From: Candidatus Eiseniibacteriota bacterium
Lineage (GTDB): Bacteria > Eisenbacteria > RBG-16-71-46
DNA length: 18,970 nt
NCBI GenBank assembly: GCA_031364845.1
Contig: JANLWX010000048.1
Coordinates: 1 to 18,970, forward strand
Reading direction: 5' to 3'
The position numbers and the translations under genes were made by a program. Under the pieces are notes generated by a model, which worked only from the letters and a program-made list of their open reading frames with translations, ran no database searches and had not been told where the DNA came from. This document shows positions 1 through 7,886 of the stretch, one piece after another; within the stretch, counting starts at the first letter, position 1; each line of letters begins with the position of its first letter.

Positions 1-36
1 GCCCGGCGGTTTCCGAGCGACCGGGAGTCGTATTGA
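1..36 (+). CDS. panB: 3' end of probable 3-methyl-2-oxobutanoate hydroxymethyltransferase (partial)
   Basis: Frame 1 reads ARRFPSDRESY*, resembling the PanB C-terminal FP..E.(Y/F) ending. Its TGA (34-36) overlaps the TTG start of panC, and panB-panC is the usual order. Only 11 aa are visible. Confidence 0.6.
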   Translation, partial: ARRFPSDRESY

Positions 37-986
37 GCAATGGCCGTGCGACCCGGCGCCCGCGCGGCGCGGGGAACGCCGCGGTCGTCGCCGGTCCGCG
101 CAGGCGCCGCACTCCGGCATCGGAATCTTCCGAACGCATGCTGCTCGTCACCTCGACGCCCGCGCTGCGCCGCCGGATCATGGAGTGGCGCCGCCGCGGC
201 GAATCGATCGCGTTCGTTCCGACGATGGGTGCATTGCATCGCGGACATCTGAGCCTGGTCGAGCGCGCGCGCGCCTCCGCCGATCGGGTGGCCGTCAGCA
301 TCTTCGTGAACCCGCTGCAGTTCGGACCGCGCGAGGACTTCGCGCGCTATCCGCGCCCGGTGGCCACCGATCGCGCGCTGTTGCGCGCCGCCGGTGTCGA
401 TCTGCTATGGGAGCCGCGCGTCGAGCAGCTCTATCCGCCGGGTGATCGCACGCGCGTCCACGTCGAAGGTCTCGAAGCCGTGCTCGAAGGCGCATCGCGG
501 CCCGGCCACTTCACCGGCGTCACGACGGTGGTCGCCAAGCTGCTGAACGCGATCCAGCCGGATATCTTGTGGCTCGGACAGAAGGACGCGCAGCAGGCGC
601 GCATGATCGAGCAGATGGCAGCGGATCTGGCGTTTCCCGTGCGCGTGCGCCGCGCCGCAACCGTGCGCGAGCCGGACGGGCTTGCGTGTTCGTCGCGAAA
701 CCGCTACTTGAGTGCGGAGGAACGCGCGGAGGCGGTCGCGCTGTCGCGCTCGCTCGCTGCCGCACGCGAGGCGCTGCAGGGCGGAGAACGCAGCGCCGCG
801 CGCGTGATGAAACAAATGCGCCGCGTGATGAGGAGCTTTCCGCGCGCGCGCGAGGACTACATCGCGGTCGTGGATGCGCGCACGCTCGAACCCGTGCGCC
901 GTATCGAACGCCGCGTGCTGATCGCGGTCGCGGCGCGCCTCGGCGCGACCCGGCTGATCGACAACCTGGAGTGGGAGCCCCGATGA
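33..986 (+). CDS. panC: Pantoate--beta-alanine ligase (pantothenate synthetase)
   Basis: Motifs FVPTMGALHRGH, SIFVNPLQF, RPGHFTGV, GQKDAQQ, REPDGLACSSRN and RLIDN. The start is either TTG33 (GGGAG upstream, TTGA overlap with panB) or ATG138. Confidence 0.97.
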   Translation: MSNGRATRRPRGAGNAAVVAGPRRRRTPASESSERMLLVTSTPALRRRIMEWRRRGESIAFVPTMGALHRGHLSLVERARASADRVAVSIFVNPLQFGPREDFARYPRPVATDRALLRAAGVDLLWEPRVEQLYPPGDRTRVHVEGLEAVLEGASRPGHFTGVTTVVAKLLNAIQPDILWLGQKDAQQARMIEQMAADLAFPVRVRRAATVREPDGLACSSRNRYLSAEERAEAVALSRSLAAAREALQGGERSAARVMKQMRRVMRSFPRAREDYIAVVDARTLEPVRRIERRVLIAVAARLGATRLIDNLEWEPR

Positions 987-1768
987 CCCGATTTCGACAC
1001 CCCGATGTCGTGACCCTGGTGCTGGCCGCCGGCCAGGGGACGCGCATGAACAGCGACCTCGCGAAGGTGCTGCATCCGATGGCCGGCAAGCCGCTTCTCG
1101 CGCACGTGCTCGATTGTCTCGACGACCTCGGAGTCGGCCGCGTCGTGGTCGTGATCGGACACCAGCGCGAGCGTGTGCGCGAAACGTTCGCCGGCACCGA
1201 ACTCGAGTGGGCGGTGCAGGCCGAGCAGCGCGGCACCGGGCACGCGGTGCTGATGGCGGGCCCCGCACTCGAAGGATTCGAAGGCACGCTGCTGGTCGTG
1301 TGCGGCGACACGCCGCTCTTGCGCGCGAGCACGCTGCACGAGTTGATCGAAGGTCACGCGCGCTCCGGATGCGCGGCGACCGTGCTGTCGATGCGGCTCC
1401 CCGATCCCAAGGGCTACGGGCGAATTCTAAGGTCCGAGAATGGCGATCTGCTCGGGATCGTCGAAGAGCGCGATGCCGACGCCGCGCAGAAGCAGATCGA
1501 CGAAGTGAACTCGGGCATCTATGTGTTCCAGTATCCCGCGCTCGAGCAGGCGCTCGGCGGTTTGACCGCGAACAACGCCCAGGGCGAGTACTACCTCACC
1601 GACACGATGAATCTGATTCGCGGCGCGGGCCGGCGCGTGGCGGTGGTGTGTGCCCCGGACTATCGCGAGCTGCTCGGCATCAACACGCCCGATCAGCTGC
1701 GCGAAGCCGAGACGCTGTGGCACGAAGTGAAGCGCACCCGGAGGACCGACGATGCCGCCGCGCAATGA
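983..1768 (+). CDS. GlmU-like sugar-phosphate nucleotidyltransferase (uridyltransferase domain only, 261 aa)
   Basis: LAAGQGTRM..LAKVLH, Q.EQRGTGHAV, CGDTPL, GYGRI, IVEERDA, EVNSGIY, NAQGEYYLTD and GINT match the GlmU N-terminal domain. ATG983 overlaps the panC stop (ATGA). No hexapeptide acetyltransferase domain follows. Confidence 0.9.
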   Translation: MTRFRHPDVVTLVLAAGQGTRMNSDLAKVLHPMAGKPLLAHVLDCLDDLGVGRVVVVIGHQRERVRETFAGTELEWAVQAEQRGTGHAVLMAGPALEGFEGTLLVVCGDTPLLRASTLHELIEGHARSGCAATVLSMRLPDPKGYGRILRSENGDLLGIVEERDADAAQKQIDEVNSGIYVFQYPALEQALGGLTANNAQGEYYLTDTMNLIRGAGRRVAVVCAPDYRELLGINTPDQLREAETLWHEVKRTRRTDDAAAQ

Positions 1769-2363
1769 GCCCGCGCGCCTGTGGGCGCCGTGGCGCATGT
1801 CGTACATCGAAACCGCGACCGCCGGGTCGAAGAAGCGTGGCTCCGCGAAACGCGGCGCCTCCGTGCGGAAGGTCGATCCCAAGCCTGATCCCGACGCCGA
1901 GCCGTGCCTGTTCTGCCGCGTCGCGCGCGCGCGTCGGGATGAGGCCGATCTCGTGCTGGCGCGCCGGCCGCACGCGCTGCTGATGCTCAACCGCTATCCC
2001 TACAATCCCGGCCACCTGATGGTCGCCGTGCGCGCTCACAAGGCGCAGTTCGACGCGCTGGTGCCGGCCGAGCTGCGCGACGTGATGGCGCTGGTGGCAC
2101 TCGCCGAACGCGCGCTCGCCGCAGAGTACCGGCCCCATGGCGTCAACTACGGCGCCAACGTCGGCCGCGTCGCGGGCGCGGGATTCCCGGGACACCTGCA
2201 CGTGCACCTGGTTCCGCGCTGGGACGGCGACACGAACTTCATGCCGGTGGTCGGCGCCACGAAGGTGCTGCCCGAAGCGCTCGATCAGACCTGGACACGC
2301 CTGCGCCGCGCGGTGCGCGCGAACGCGCGCGGGGGAGCGGCACGCCGTGGCACGTCGCGCTAG
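1752..2363 (+). CDS. HIT-family nucleotide hydrolase/phosphorylase (Ap4A hydrolase/phosphorylase-like)
   Basis: LWAPWRM, CLFC, LNRYPYNPGHLMV, histidine triad HLHVHLVPRW and GDTNFMPV. GGAGGA SD upstream; overlaps the previous CDS. Confidence 0.93.
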   Translation: MPPRNEPARLWAPWRMSYIETATAGSKKRGSAKRGASVRKVDPKPDPDAEPCLFCRVARARRDEADLVLARRPHALLMLNRYPYNPGHLMVAVRAHKAQFDALVPAELRDVMALVALAERALAAEYRPHGVNYGANVGRVAGAGFPGHLHVHLVPRWDGDTNFMPVVGATKVLPEALDQTWTRLRRAVRANARGGAARRGTSR

Positions 2364-2769
2364 TCCCTTCGCGCGCTGGACACTCGGCCTGCTCGCACTC
2401 GCGGTCGTGGTGCTCGTGCTGTCCGCGGCGTGGGGCCGCTGGCGGCCCCGCCCTGTGTTCCAGACCCACGGTCCCGAGCACCGCGTGGTGCGGGTGCAGG
2501 TCCTGAACGGGTCGGGAGAGGGCGGAATCGGCTCGCGGGTCGCGTCCTATCTGCGCGAAGGCGGCTTCCAGGTGGTCGAGGTCCGCAACGCCGAGCGCTC
2601 CGACTACTTCGCTTCGATGGTGGTCGCGCGCCGCGAAGATGTATCCTCCGCCGAGGCAGTCGCGAGATATCTGGGAGGTCCGCCGGTCATCCGGCAGGCA
2701 TGGACTTCCGATCTGGCCGAAGTCACGGTGGTGCTGGGCAGCGACCGCAGCCGGCTCCGCCTCGAATAG
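2347..2769 (+). CDS. Membrane-anchored LytR C-terminal domain (LytR_C) protein
   Basis: GTG2347 preceded by GGGGGAG. N-terminal hydrophobic helix (WTLGLLALAVVVLVLSAAW), then VQVLNGSG..G.G, YLR..GF.V..V.NA and VTVVLGSD, typical of LytR_C. Confidence 0.85.
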   Translation: MARRASPFARWTLGLLALAVVVLVLSAAWGRWRPRPVFQTHGPEHRVVRVQVLNGSGEGGIGSRVASYLREGGFQVVEVRNAERSDYFASMVVARREDVSSAEAVARYLGGPPVIRQAWTSDLAEVTVVLGSDRSRLRLE

Positions 2770-2800
2770 CAGCCGCGGCTGCGAGCCTAAGGAGACGAAC

Positions 2801-3001
2801 GTGTTCGGATTGGGTGGTACGGAACTGCTCGTGCTGTTCGTGATCATCCTGCTGATCTTCGGCCCCAGCCAGATCCCCAAGATGGCGCGCGGACTGGGAC
2901 AGGCGATGCGCGAATTTCGCAAGGCTCAGCACGAACTCAACAACGAGATCTCGCGCGAGGATCCGGCGCCCAAGCCGCCGGAGAACAAGCCGCTGACATA
3001 G
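2801..3001 (+). CDS. tatA: Twin-arginine translocase TatA/TatE family subunit
   Basis: TAAGGAGA SD then GTG2801. MFGLGGTELLVLFVIILLIFGPSQIPKMARGLGQAMREFRKA gives the TM helix, FG hinge and amphipathic helix. Confidence 0.95.
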   Translation: MFGLGGTELLVLFVIILLIFGPSQIPKMARGLGQAMREFRKAQHELNNEISREDPAPKPPENKPLT

Positions 3002-3028
3002 GCGGTGCCTGAACGCGCTCCTCAAAAT

Positions 3029-3065
3029 AAAAACGCCGCACGCGATCTCGAGCGTGCGGCGTTTT
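3029..3065. terminator. Bidirectional rho-independent terminator
   Basis: 14-bp perfect stem AAAACGCCGCACGC / GCGTGCGGCGTTTT with an 8-nt loop and A- and T-tracts on either side, between convergent tatA and ppiD. Confidence 0.92.
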
Positions 3066-3081
3066 CATCTGAGACGGGCGA

Positions 3082-4896
3082 CTAGTTCGAGGCGTCCGAG
3101 CGCAGGTCCTCGATCTTCGCCTTCTGGCGCAGCTCGGCGAGGAACGAGCCGAGGAACGCGCGCTGACGGCGCTCGAGCAGCTCGCTCATGATCTGCGGCT
3201 TCGACTCGATGAACGCGGCCGTGTCCGCCGGCACCGCCTGATCGACGCGCGCGAAGAACCAGCCGTTCACCGTCTCGAACGGACCGACCACTTTGCCCGG
3301 TGCCGAGCCGAACAGCGCTCCCACCACTTCGGGCGCGTTCGAGATGCGCGGATCGGGTGCGGCACGCGTGAATCCCGGAGCCGGGGACGCGGCGACACCG
3401 GCCGCGGCGGCCGCGGCTTCGAGAGGAAGTCCCTGGCCGAGCGCCTGGACGATCGCATCCGCCTTCGGCTTCGCGCGCTGTACGCGCGCCTCCATCTCGG
3501 CGAACTGGCGCAGCGGCTGCTCGATTTCTTCGCGCTTGGCGACACCCGCGGGCTCCTGGCGGATCACCTGCACCACGACGTAGTCGTCGGTGCCTTCGAA
3601 CACCGGGCTCACTTCCTTGAGTTTGGCGGTGAGACCCCAGTCGGCCGCTTCGGGCGTGGCGTAGAGCTGCTGCGGCGTGTTGTCGATGTCGAACGGTCCG
3701 GTGACCGACGTCGCGAGACCGTTCGCGGCCGCGACCTTGCCGAGCCCGGTGCGGCTCGCCTGCGCGCGCCACTTGCGGATCTGCTCGAACTGCGTGCGCA
3801 TCTGCTCCTCGTTCGGACGCACGCGCACGACGATCTGGGCGATCTTGAGACCGCCGGGCGGTGTCGTGGAATCGGGCGGCATACGGCGGATGATCACGAA
3901 CCGGCTCATGTCCTGGAACGGGTCGGCGACGTCGCCCGGAGCAAGCGCCGCGACTCGGGCGCCGATCGTGGGCTCGAAGTCCGACACCGTGAACGCGCGA
4001 TCGATGACGCCGCCGCGATCGGCCGAAGGGCCTTCGGAATAATCGCGGGCAAGGAGTGCAAAGTCCTCGCCGCTGCGCGCGCGGCTGACGAGGCCGTTGG
4101 CCATCTCGCGGGCCGCGCGAATCTCTTCCTCGCCGTACTTCTTCGGCACCGACAGCACTTCGAGTTCGGTGCGCGCCGAGGCGGTGAAGCGGCCTTTGTG
4201 CTTCGCGAACACGCGATCGAGATCGGCGTCCGTCACCTTCGGGGCTTCACCCCCCATGTCGGGCGTGATCTGCACGATCGTCGCGTCGACGCGGTCGAAC
4301 CGCTGATGGTAGGCGTCGAGCAGCTCGAGTTCAGACACCTTGACCGAGGCGAGCAGGCGCTCCTGGAACTTCCGCGTCGGGAGCTGCTCGCGCATCATCT
4401 GTTCGAACGGCGCCCAGTTGTTCTTGGGATCGCTCAAAGCCTGCTGGTACTTCGCGTAGTCGAACTGCCCATCGGTCTGGAACGACGGCTCGCTCTGGAG
4501 CATCGTCGGCGGCGTGGTCTTGAGCGCGAGCACGACTTCGGCGTCGCCCGCCGCCATGCCGGCGCGCTTCGCCTGCTGCGACAGCAGGCGCTGGTAGACG
4601 AGTGAGCGCCACGCCTGGACTTCGAGCATCTTCGCATCGCGATCGCTGGCATCGGTGCCGTACTGGCGCTTGTAGTTCGCGCGCTGTTCGCCGAGCGTAT
4701 TCATGAATTCGTTGCGGGTCACGGCGTCGTCGTTGACGGTGCCGACCGCGCCGCTCGCCTTCGCGCTGAATCCGCCGCTGAGTCCCGAGCCGAGCAGGAA
4801 CACGAATCCGCCGAGGAACGTGACGACGGTGATGACGATGAGTCCCCACCAGATCGCCTTGGTGCGTTTGCCGCCGGCGCGCAGGACATTCAGCAT
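3082..4896 (-). CDS. ppiD: PpiD-like membrane-anchored periplasmic chaperone (SurA N-terminal domain plus parvulin-like domain)
   Basis: Start MLNVLR (GGAGAG SD), N-terminal TM helix, VGTVNDDAVT, FQTDGQFDYAKY, and parvulin-like GEDFALLARDYSEGPSADRGG. The C-terminal LAELRQKAKIED is typical. Confidence 0.85.
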   Translation of the reverse strand: MLNVLRAGGKRTKAIWWGLIVITVVTFLGGFVFLLGSGLSGGFSAKASGAVGTVNDDAVTRNEFMNTLGEQRANYKRQYGTDASDRDAKMLEVQAWRSLVYQRLLSQQAKRAGMAAGDAEVVLALKTTPPTMLQSEPSFQTDGQFDYAKYQQALSDPKNNWAPFEQMMREQLPTRKFQERLLASVKVSELELLDAYHQRFDRVDATIVQITPDMGGEAPKVTDADLDRVFAKHKGRFTASARTELEVLSVPKKYGEEEIRAAREMANGLVSRARSGEDFALLARDYSEGPSADRGGVIDRAFTVSDFEPTIGARVAALAPGDVADPFQDMSRFVIIRRMPPDSTTPPGGLKIAQIVVRVRPNEEQMRTQFEQIRKWRAQASRTGLGKVAAANGLATSVTGPFDIDNTPQQLYATPEAADWGLTAKLKEVSPVFEGTDDYVVVQVIRQEPAGVAKREEIEQPLRQFAEMEARVQRAKPKADAIVQALGQGLPLEAAAAAAGVAASPAPGFTRAAPDPRISNAPEVVGALFGSAPGKVVGPFETVNGWFFARVDQAVPADTAAFIESKPQIMSELLERRQRAFLGSFLAELRQKAKIEDLRSDASN

Positions 4897-4978
4897 TAGA
4901 ACTCTCCAGCCGTCCGCATGCGGACGGACCTTTGTGCGTGGATCGAGGCCGGTGGCCGTGGGTGGAATGAGGCCGGGG

Positions 4979-5007
4979 AGTCTATCAGCCGCACCCCACC
5001 CGTACAA
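4979..5007 (-). promoter_or_regulatory. sigma70-type promoter for ppiD
   Basis: The minus strand reads TTGTAC-17 nt-TAGACT with an extended TGn before the -10, about 80 nt upstream of the start codon. Confidence 0.65.
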
Positions 5008-5163
5008 ACCTCCGAAAGCCGATCCCAAGTCCTGATCAATTGGCCTCGCGCGATCGTTTGCGCGATCACAATCTTCGTCTGCCCGCTCGGGTTTCCGTAG
5101 CTTCGCAGGTCGCGCTGTGCTACCAGTGTTCCTTGCGCTACACGACGTCCAACGGAGGGATGC

Positions 5164-6264
5164 ATGCGCAGTGAAACTCCGGTCCGGCTGGTCGAGCCCG
5201 AAACCCCGGGTCGCACCGGCACGTGGCCGACGCAGGTCCTCGATGCGCTCGAGCAGGCGGTGGTCGCACTCGATCGCGAGCGCAAGGTGGTCTACAACAA
5301 CCGCCGTATCGAGGAACTGCTCGGGGTCGAGCCCGGCACCCTGATCGGAACCGCCGGTTCGCGCGTGTTCCCGGGTGCCGATGCGCGCTGGCTCAAGGGT
5401 TCATCGCACGAGAGCCGGGACTTCCGCCTCGAAGCCGAGGATCGTGAGCTGACACTCAAGGCGGAAGCACTCCCGATCCGCGCCGAGGACGGCGAACTGG
5501 TCGGCTCGGTGGTGCTGGCCGAGGCGATTTCCGAGACCGAGGACGGCGAGTTCCAGAAGAAGATCGACCGGCTGGTGTCGCTCGGCGAGCTGTCGGCCTA
5601 CGTCGCGCACGAGATCCGCAATCCGCTGACCGGAATCCGCACCACCGTGCAGTTCGTCGGCTCGAAGTTCAAGACGCGCGATCCGCGGCGCGAGGACCTC
5701 GACGACGTGATCAAGGAGCTGGACCGCATCGAGCAGATCATCACCGGGCTGCTGCTGTTCGCGAAGCCTCCGAGTGCGCGGCCGCAGCCGTGCGATCTTC
5801 AACCGGTGCTGCAGAAGACGCTCGACATGCTCGATCTGCAGCTCGGTGACGCGCAGGTGCAGTTGTTCCAGGACTACGCTGCCGATCTTCCCGAGGTCTA
5901 CGCCGATCCCGACCTCACCCAGCAGGTGTTCCTGAACCTGATCCTCAACTCGCTCCAGGCGATGCCTCAGGGGGGCGAACTCCACGTTTCGACCGGCGTG
6001 CGCCGCTACCGCACCCGTCGATCGATGGTCGACGTTTCGTTCCGCGACACCGGAGTCGGGATTCCGAAGGAGCTGATGGAGAAGATCTTCGATCCGTTCT
6101 TCACCACCCGCTCGATGGGCACCGGGCTGGGGCTGCCGATCTCGGTGCAGATCGTGCGCGACATCGGCGGCATGATCACGGCCAAGAATAATTCCAGCGG
6201 TGGGGCGACGCTGCGCGTGTCGTTCCCGGTTCCGACCGAGTCGTCGGGCCGGACCGAGGAGTAA
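5164..6264 (+). CDS. Cytoplasmic PAS-domain sensor histidine kinase (NtrB/AtoS-like)
   Basis: GGAGGG SD; PAS-like N-terminus (VLDALEQAVVALD..VVYNNRRIEELLG); H-box VAHEIRNPL, N-box QQVFLNLILNS, DTGVGI, IFDPFFTT and GTGLGL. No TM segment. Confidence 0.95.
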   Translation: MRSETPVRLVEPETPGRTGTWPTQVLDALEQAVVALDRERKVVYNNRRIEELLGVEPGTLIGTAGSRVFPGADARWLKGSSHESRDFRLEAEDRELTLKAEALPIRAEDGELVGSVVLAEAISETEDGEFQKKIDRLVSLGELSAYVAHEIRNPLTGIRTTVQFVGSKFKTRDPRREDLDDVIKELDRIEQIITGLLLFAKPPSARPQPCDLQPVLQKTLDMLDLQLGDAQVQLFQDYAADLPEVYADPDLTQQVFLNLILNSLQAMPQGGELHVSTGVRRYRTRRSMVDVSFRDTGVGIPKELMEKIFDPFFTTRSMGTGLGLPISVQIVRDIGGMITAKNNSSGGATLRVSFPVPTESSGRTEE

Positions 6265-6265
6265 G

Positions 6266-7657
6266 GTGAAGACAACCGTGATGGTGGTCGACGACGAGCT
6301 CCTGATCCGCAAATCCCTCTCGAAGGTGTTGCGCGCGCGAGGTTTCCGGGTCGAGGTCGCGAGCACCGGCGGCGAGGGGATCGAAAAGGTCGCCGAGGTC
6401 CATCCGCAGGTGATGATCCTCGACATGCGCCTGCCCGACACCGACGGCCTCACGGTGCTCAAGCGCGTGCGCGAGATGGACCCGCTGCTGCAGGTGATCG
6501 TGATCACCGCGTTCGGCGACGTCCAGTCGGCGGTCGATGCGATGAAGCTCGGCGCATGCGACTTCCTGCGCAAGCCCTACGAGCTGGAAGACATCGCGCT
6601 GGCGGTCGATTCGGCCGGCAAGACCTTCCGTCAGGCGAGCGAACTCGACCTCTATCGCCGTCAGGCATGGCGCAACTACACCGGCGAGGAGATCGTCGGC
6701 GTCTCGCCCCTGATGCGCGACGTGCGCGGCCTGATCGAGAAGGTGGTGCGCAGCAAGGCGACCTCGGTCGTGATCTCGGGCGAGAGCGGCACCGGCAAGG
6801 AACTGGTCGCCCGCGCAATTCATTACCGCAGCGACCGCGCCAAACGGCCCTTGATGGAGATCAACTGTTCGTCGTTCCAGGAAAATCTTCTCGAGAACGA
6901 ATTGTTCGGCCATGAGCGCGGCGCGTTCACCGACGCCTCGGACATCAAGAAGGGTCTGGTCGAGTTGTGCGACGGGGGCACGTTGTTTCTCGACGAGGTC
7001 GCCGACATGCAGCTACCGACCCAGGCCAAGCTGCTGCGCTTCATCGATCATCGCAACTTCAAGCGTGTCGGCGGAGCGCAGGACATCGCGGTCGACATCC
7101 GCATCGTCGCGGCGACCAACAAGGACCTCGAAGGGGAGGTGCGCTCGGGGCGCTTCCGTCACGATCTCTACTTCCGCTTGAAGGTCGTCCGCATCCATCT
7201 GCCGCCGTTGCGCGATCGCGGCGAAGACGTGCTGCTGCTGGCCAATCACTTCCTGCGCGAGTTCTCTCGCAAGTTTCAGAAGGGCTTCAAGGATGTTGCG
7301 CCGGGCGCGCTTCAGTTGCTCAACGCCTACCCGTGGCCGGGCAATGTTCGGGAGCTGCGCAATGTGATCGAGCGGGTCGTGCTGCTCGAAGAAGGTGAGC
7401 GGCTCGAAGCCGAGCATCTGCCGCCCGAAGTGCTCGGCCGGCGCGTGATCGTGAGCGAGTCGACGCTCGAACAATCCGAAGCGTTGTCGTTGCCCACGCT
7501 CGCGCAGATCGAAGCGGATCACATCAGCGAAGTGCTGCAACTCACCGCGGGAAACAAGAGCCGCGCCGCGCGAATTCTCGGCATTTCGCGACAGGGATTG
7601 ATCGAGAAGTTGCGCCGCTTGAAGGGCGAAGAAAGCTTCGGCCGTCAAGTATCTTGA
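6266..7657 (+). CDS. sigma54-dependent response regulator (NtrC/AtoC family: REC-AAA+-Fis HTH)
   Basis: VVDDE and ILDMRLP receiver; Walker A GESGTGKE; ELFGHERGAFTDA; Walker B LFLDEV; WPGNVREL; HTH GNKSRAARILGISR. GTG6266 lies 1 nt after the kinase stop, with GAGGAG upstream. Confidence 0.96.
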   Translation: MKTTVMVVDDELLIRKSLSKVLRARGFRVEVASTGGEGIEKVAEVHPQVMILDMRLPDTDGLTVLKRVREMDPLLQVIVITAFGDVQSAVDAMKLGACDFLRKPYELEDIALAVDSAGKTFRQASELDLYRRQAWRNYTGEEIVGVSPLMRDVRGLIEKVVRSKATSVVISGESGTGKELVARAIHYRSDRAKRPLMEINCSSFQENLLENELFGHERGAFTDASDIKKGLVELCDGGTLFLDEVADMQLPTQAKLLRFIDHRNFKRVGGAQDIAVDIRIVAATNKDLEGEVRSGRFRHDLYFRLKVVRIHLPPLRDRGEDVLLLANHFLREFSRKFQKGFKDVAPGALQLLNAYPWPGNVRELRNVIERVVLLEEGERLEAEHLPPEVLGRRVIVSESTLEQSEALSLPTLAQIEADHISEVLQLTAGNKSRAARILGISRQGLIEKLRRLKGEESFGRQVS

Positions 7658-7658
7658 C
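7644..7658. promoter_or_regulatory. Palindrome GTCAAG-N3-CTTGAC, candidate upstream activator sequence
   Basis: Perfect 6-3-6 inverted repeat over the regulator's stop codon, about 245 bp upstream of the predicted sigma54 start site. Confidence 0.45.
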
Positions 7659-7827
7659 ACCAGCAAAGAAGTGGACAGTCGCTCCCATCTTTGCCGTTCC
7701 CAACGTGTTAACTGGTGTCGTCCTCGTAAGCACCCACAGATCTAGACACTTAGACGATCTCTCCACCGCGATATCCCCATCGGTTGACCAGACCTCGCCA
7801 TATGGAATTCTTCTCTAGTTGCCTACA

Positions 7828-7841
7828 CATCAATCGATTGA
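7828..7841. promoter_or_regulatory. IHF-like binding site
   Basis: cATCAAtcgaTTG matches WATCAANNNNTTR except at the first base. It includes the palindrome TCAATCGATTGA and lies between the candidate UAS and the -24/-12 promoter. Confidence 0.55.
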
Positions 7842-7870
7842 ACGATATCGACGCACGAGTGATCACCTCG

Positions 7871-7886
7871 TGGCACGAGCCGTGCT
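7871..7886 (+). promoter_or_regulatory. sigma54 (RpoN) -24/-12 promoter
   Basis: TGGCACG-AGCC-GTGCT against the consensus TGGCACG-N4-TTGCW: one mismatch and exact GG-N10-GC spacing. It is followed by AT-rich TTAGAAATAAACAA, with +1 predicted near 7897. Confidence 0.82.

Noticed and set aside
7654..7682. Perfect TTGACA as a sigma70 -35
   Set aside because: There is no -10-like hexamer 16-18 nt downstream. It is better explained as half of the palindrome.
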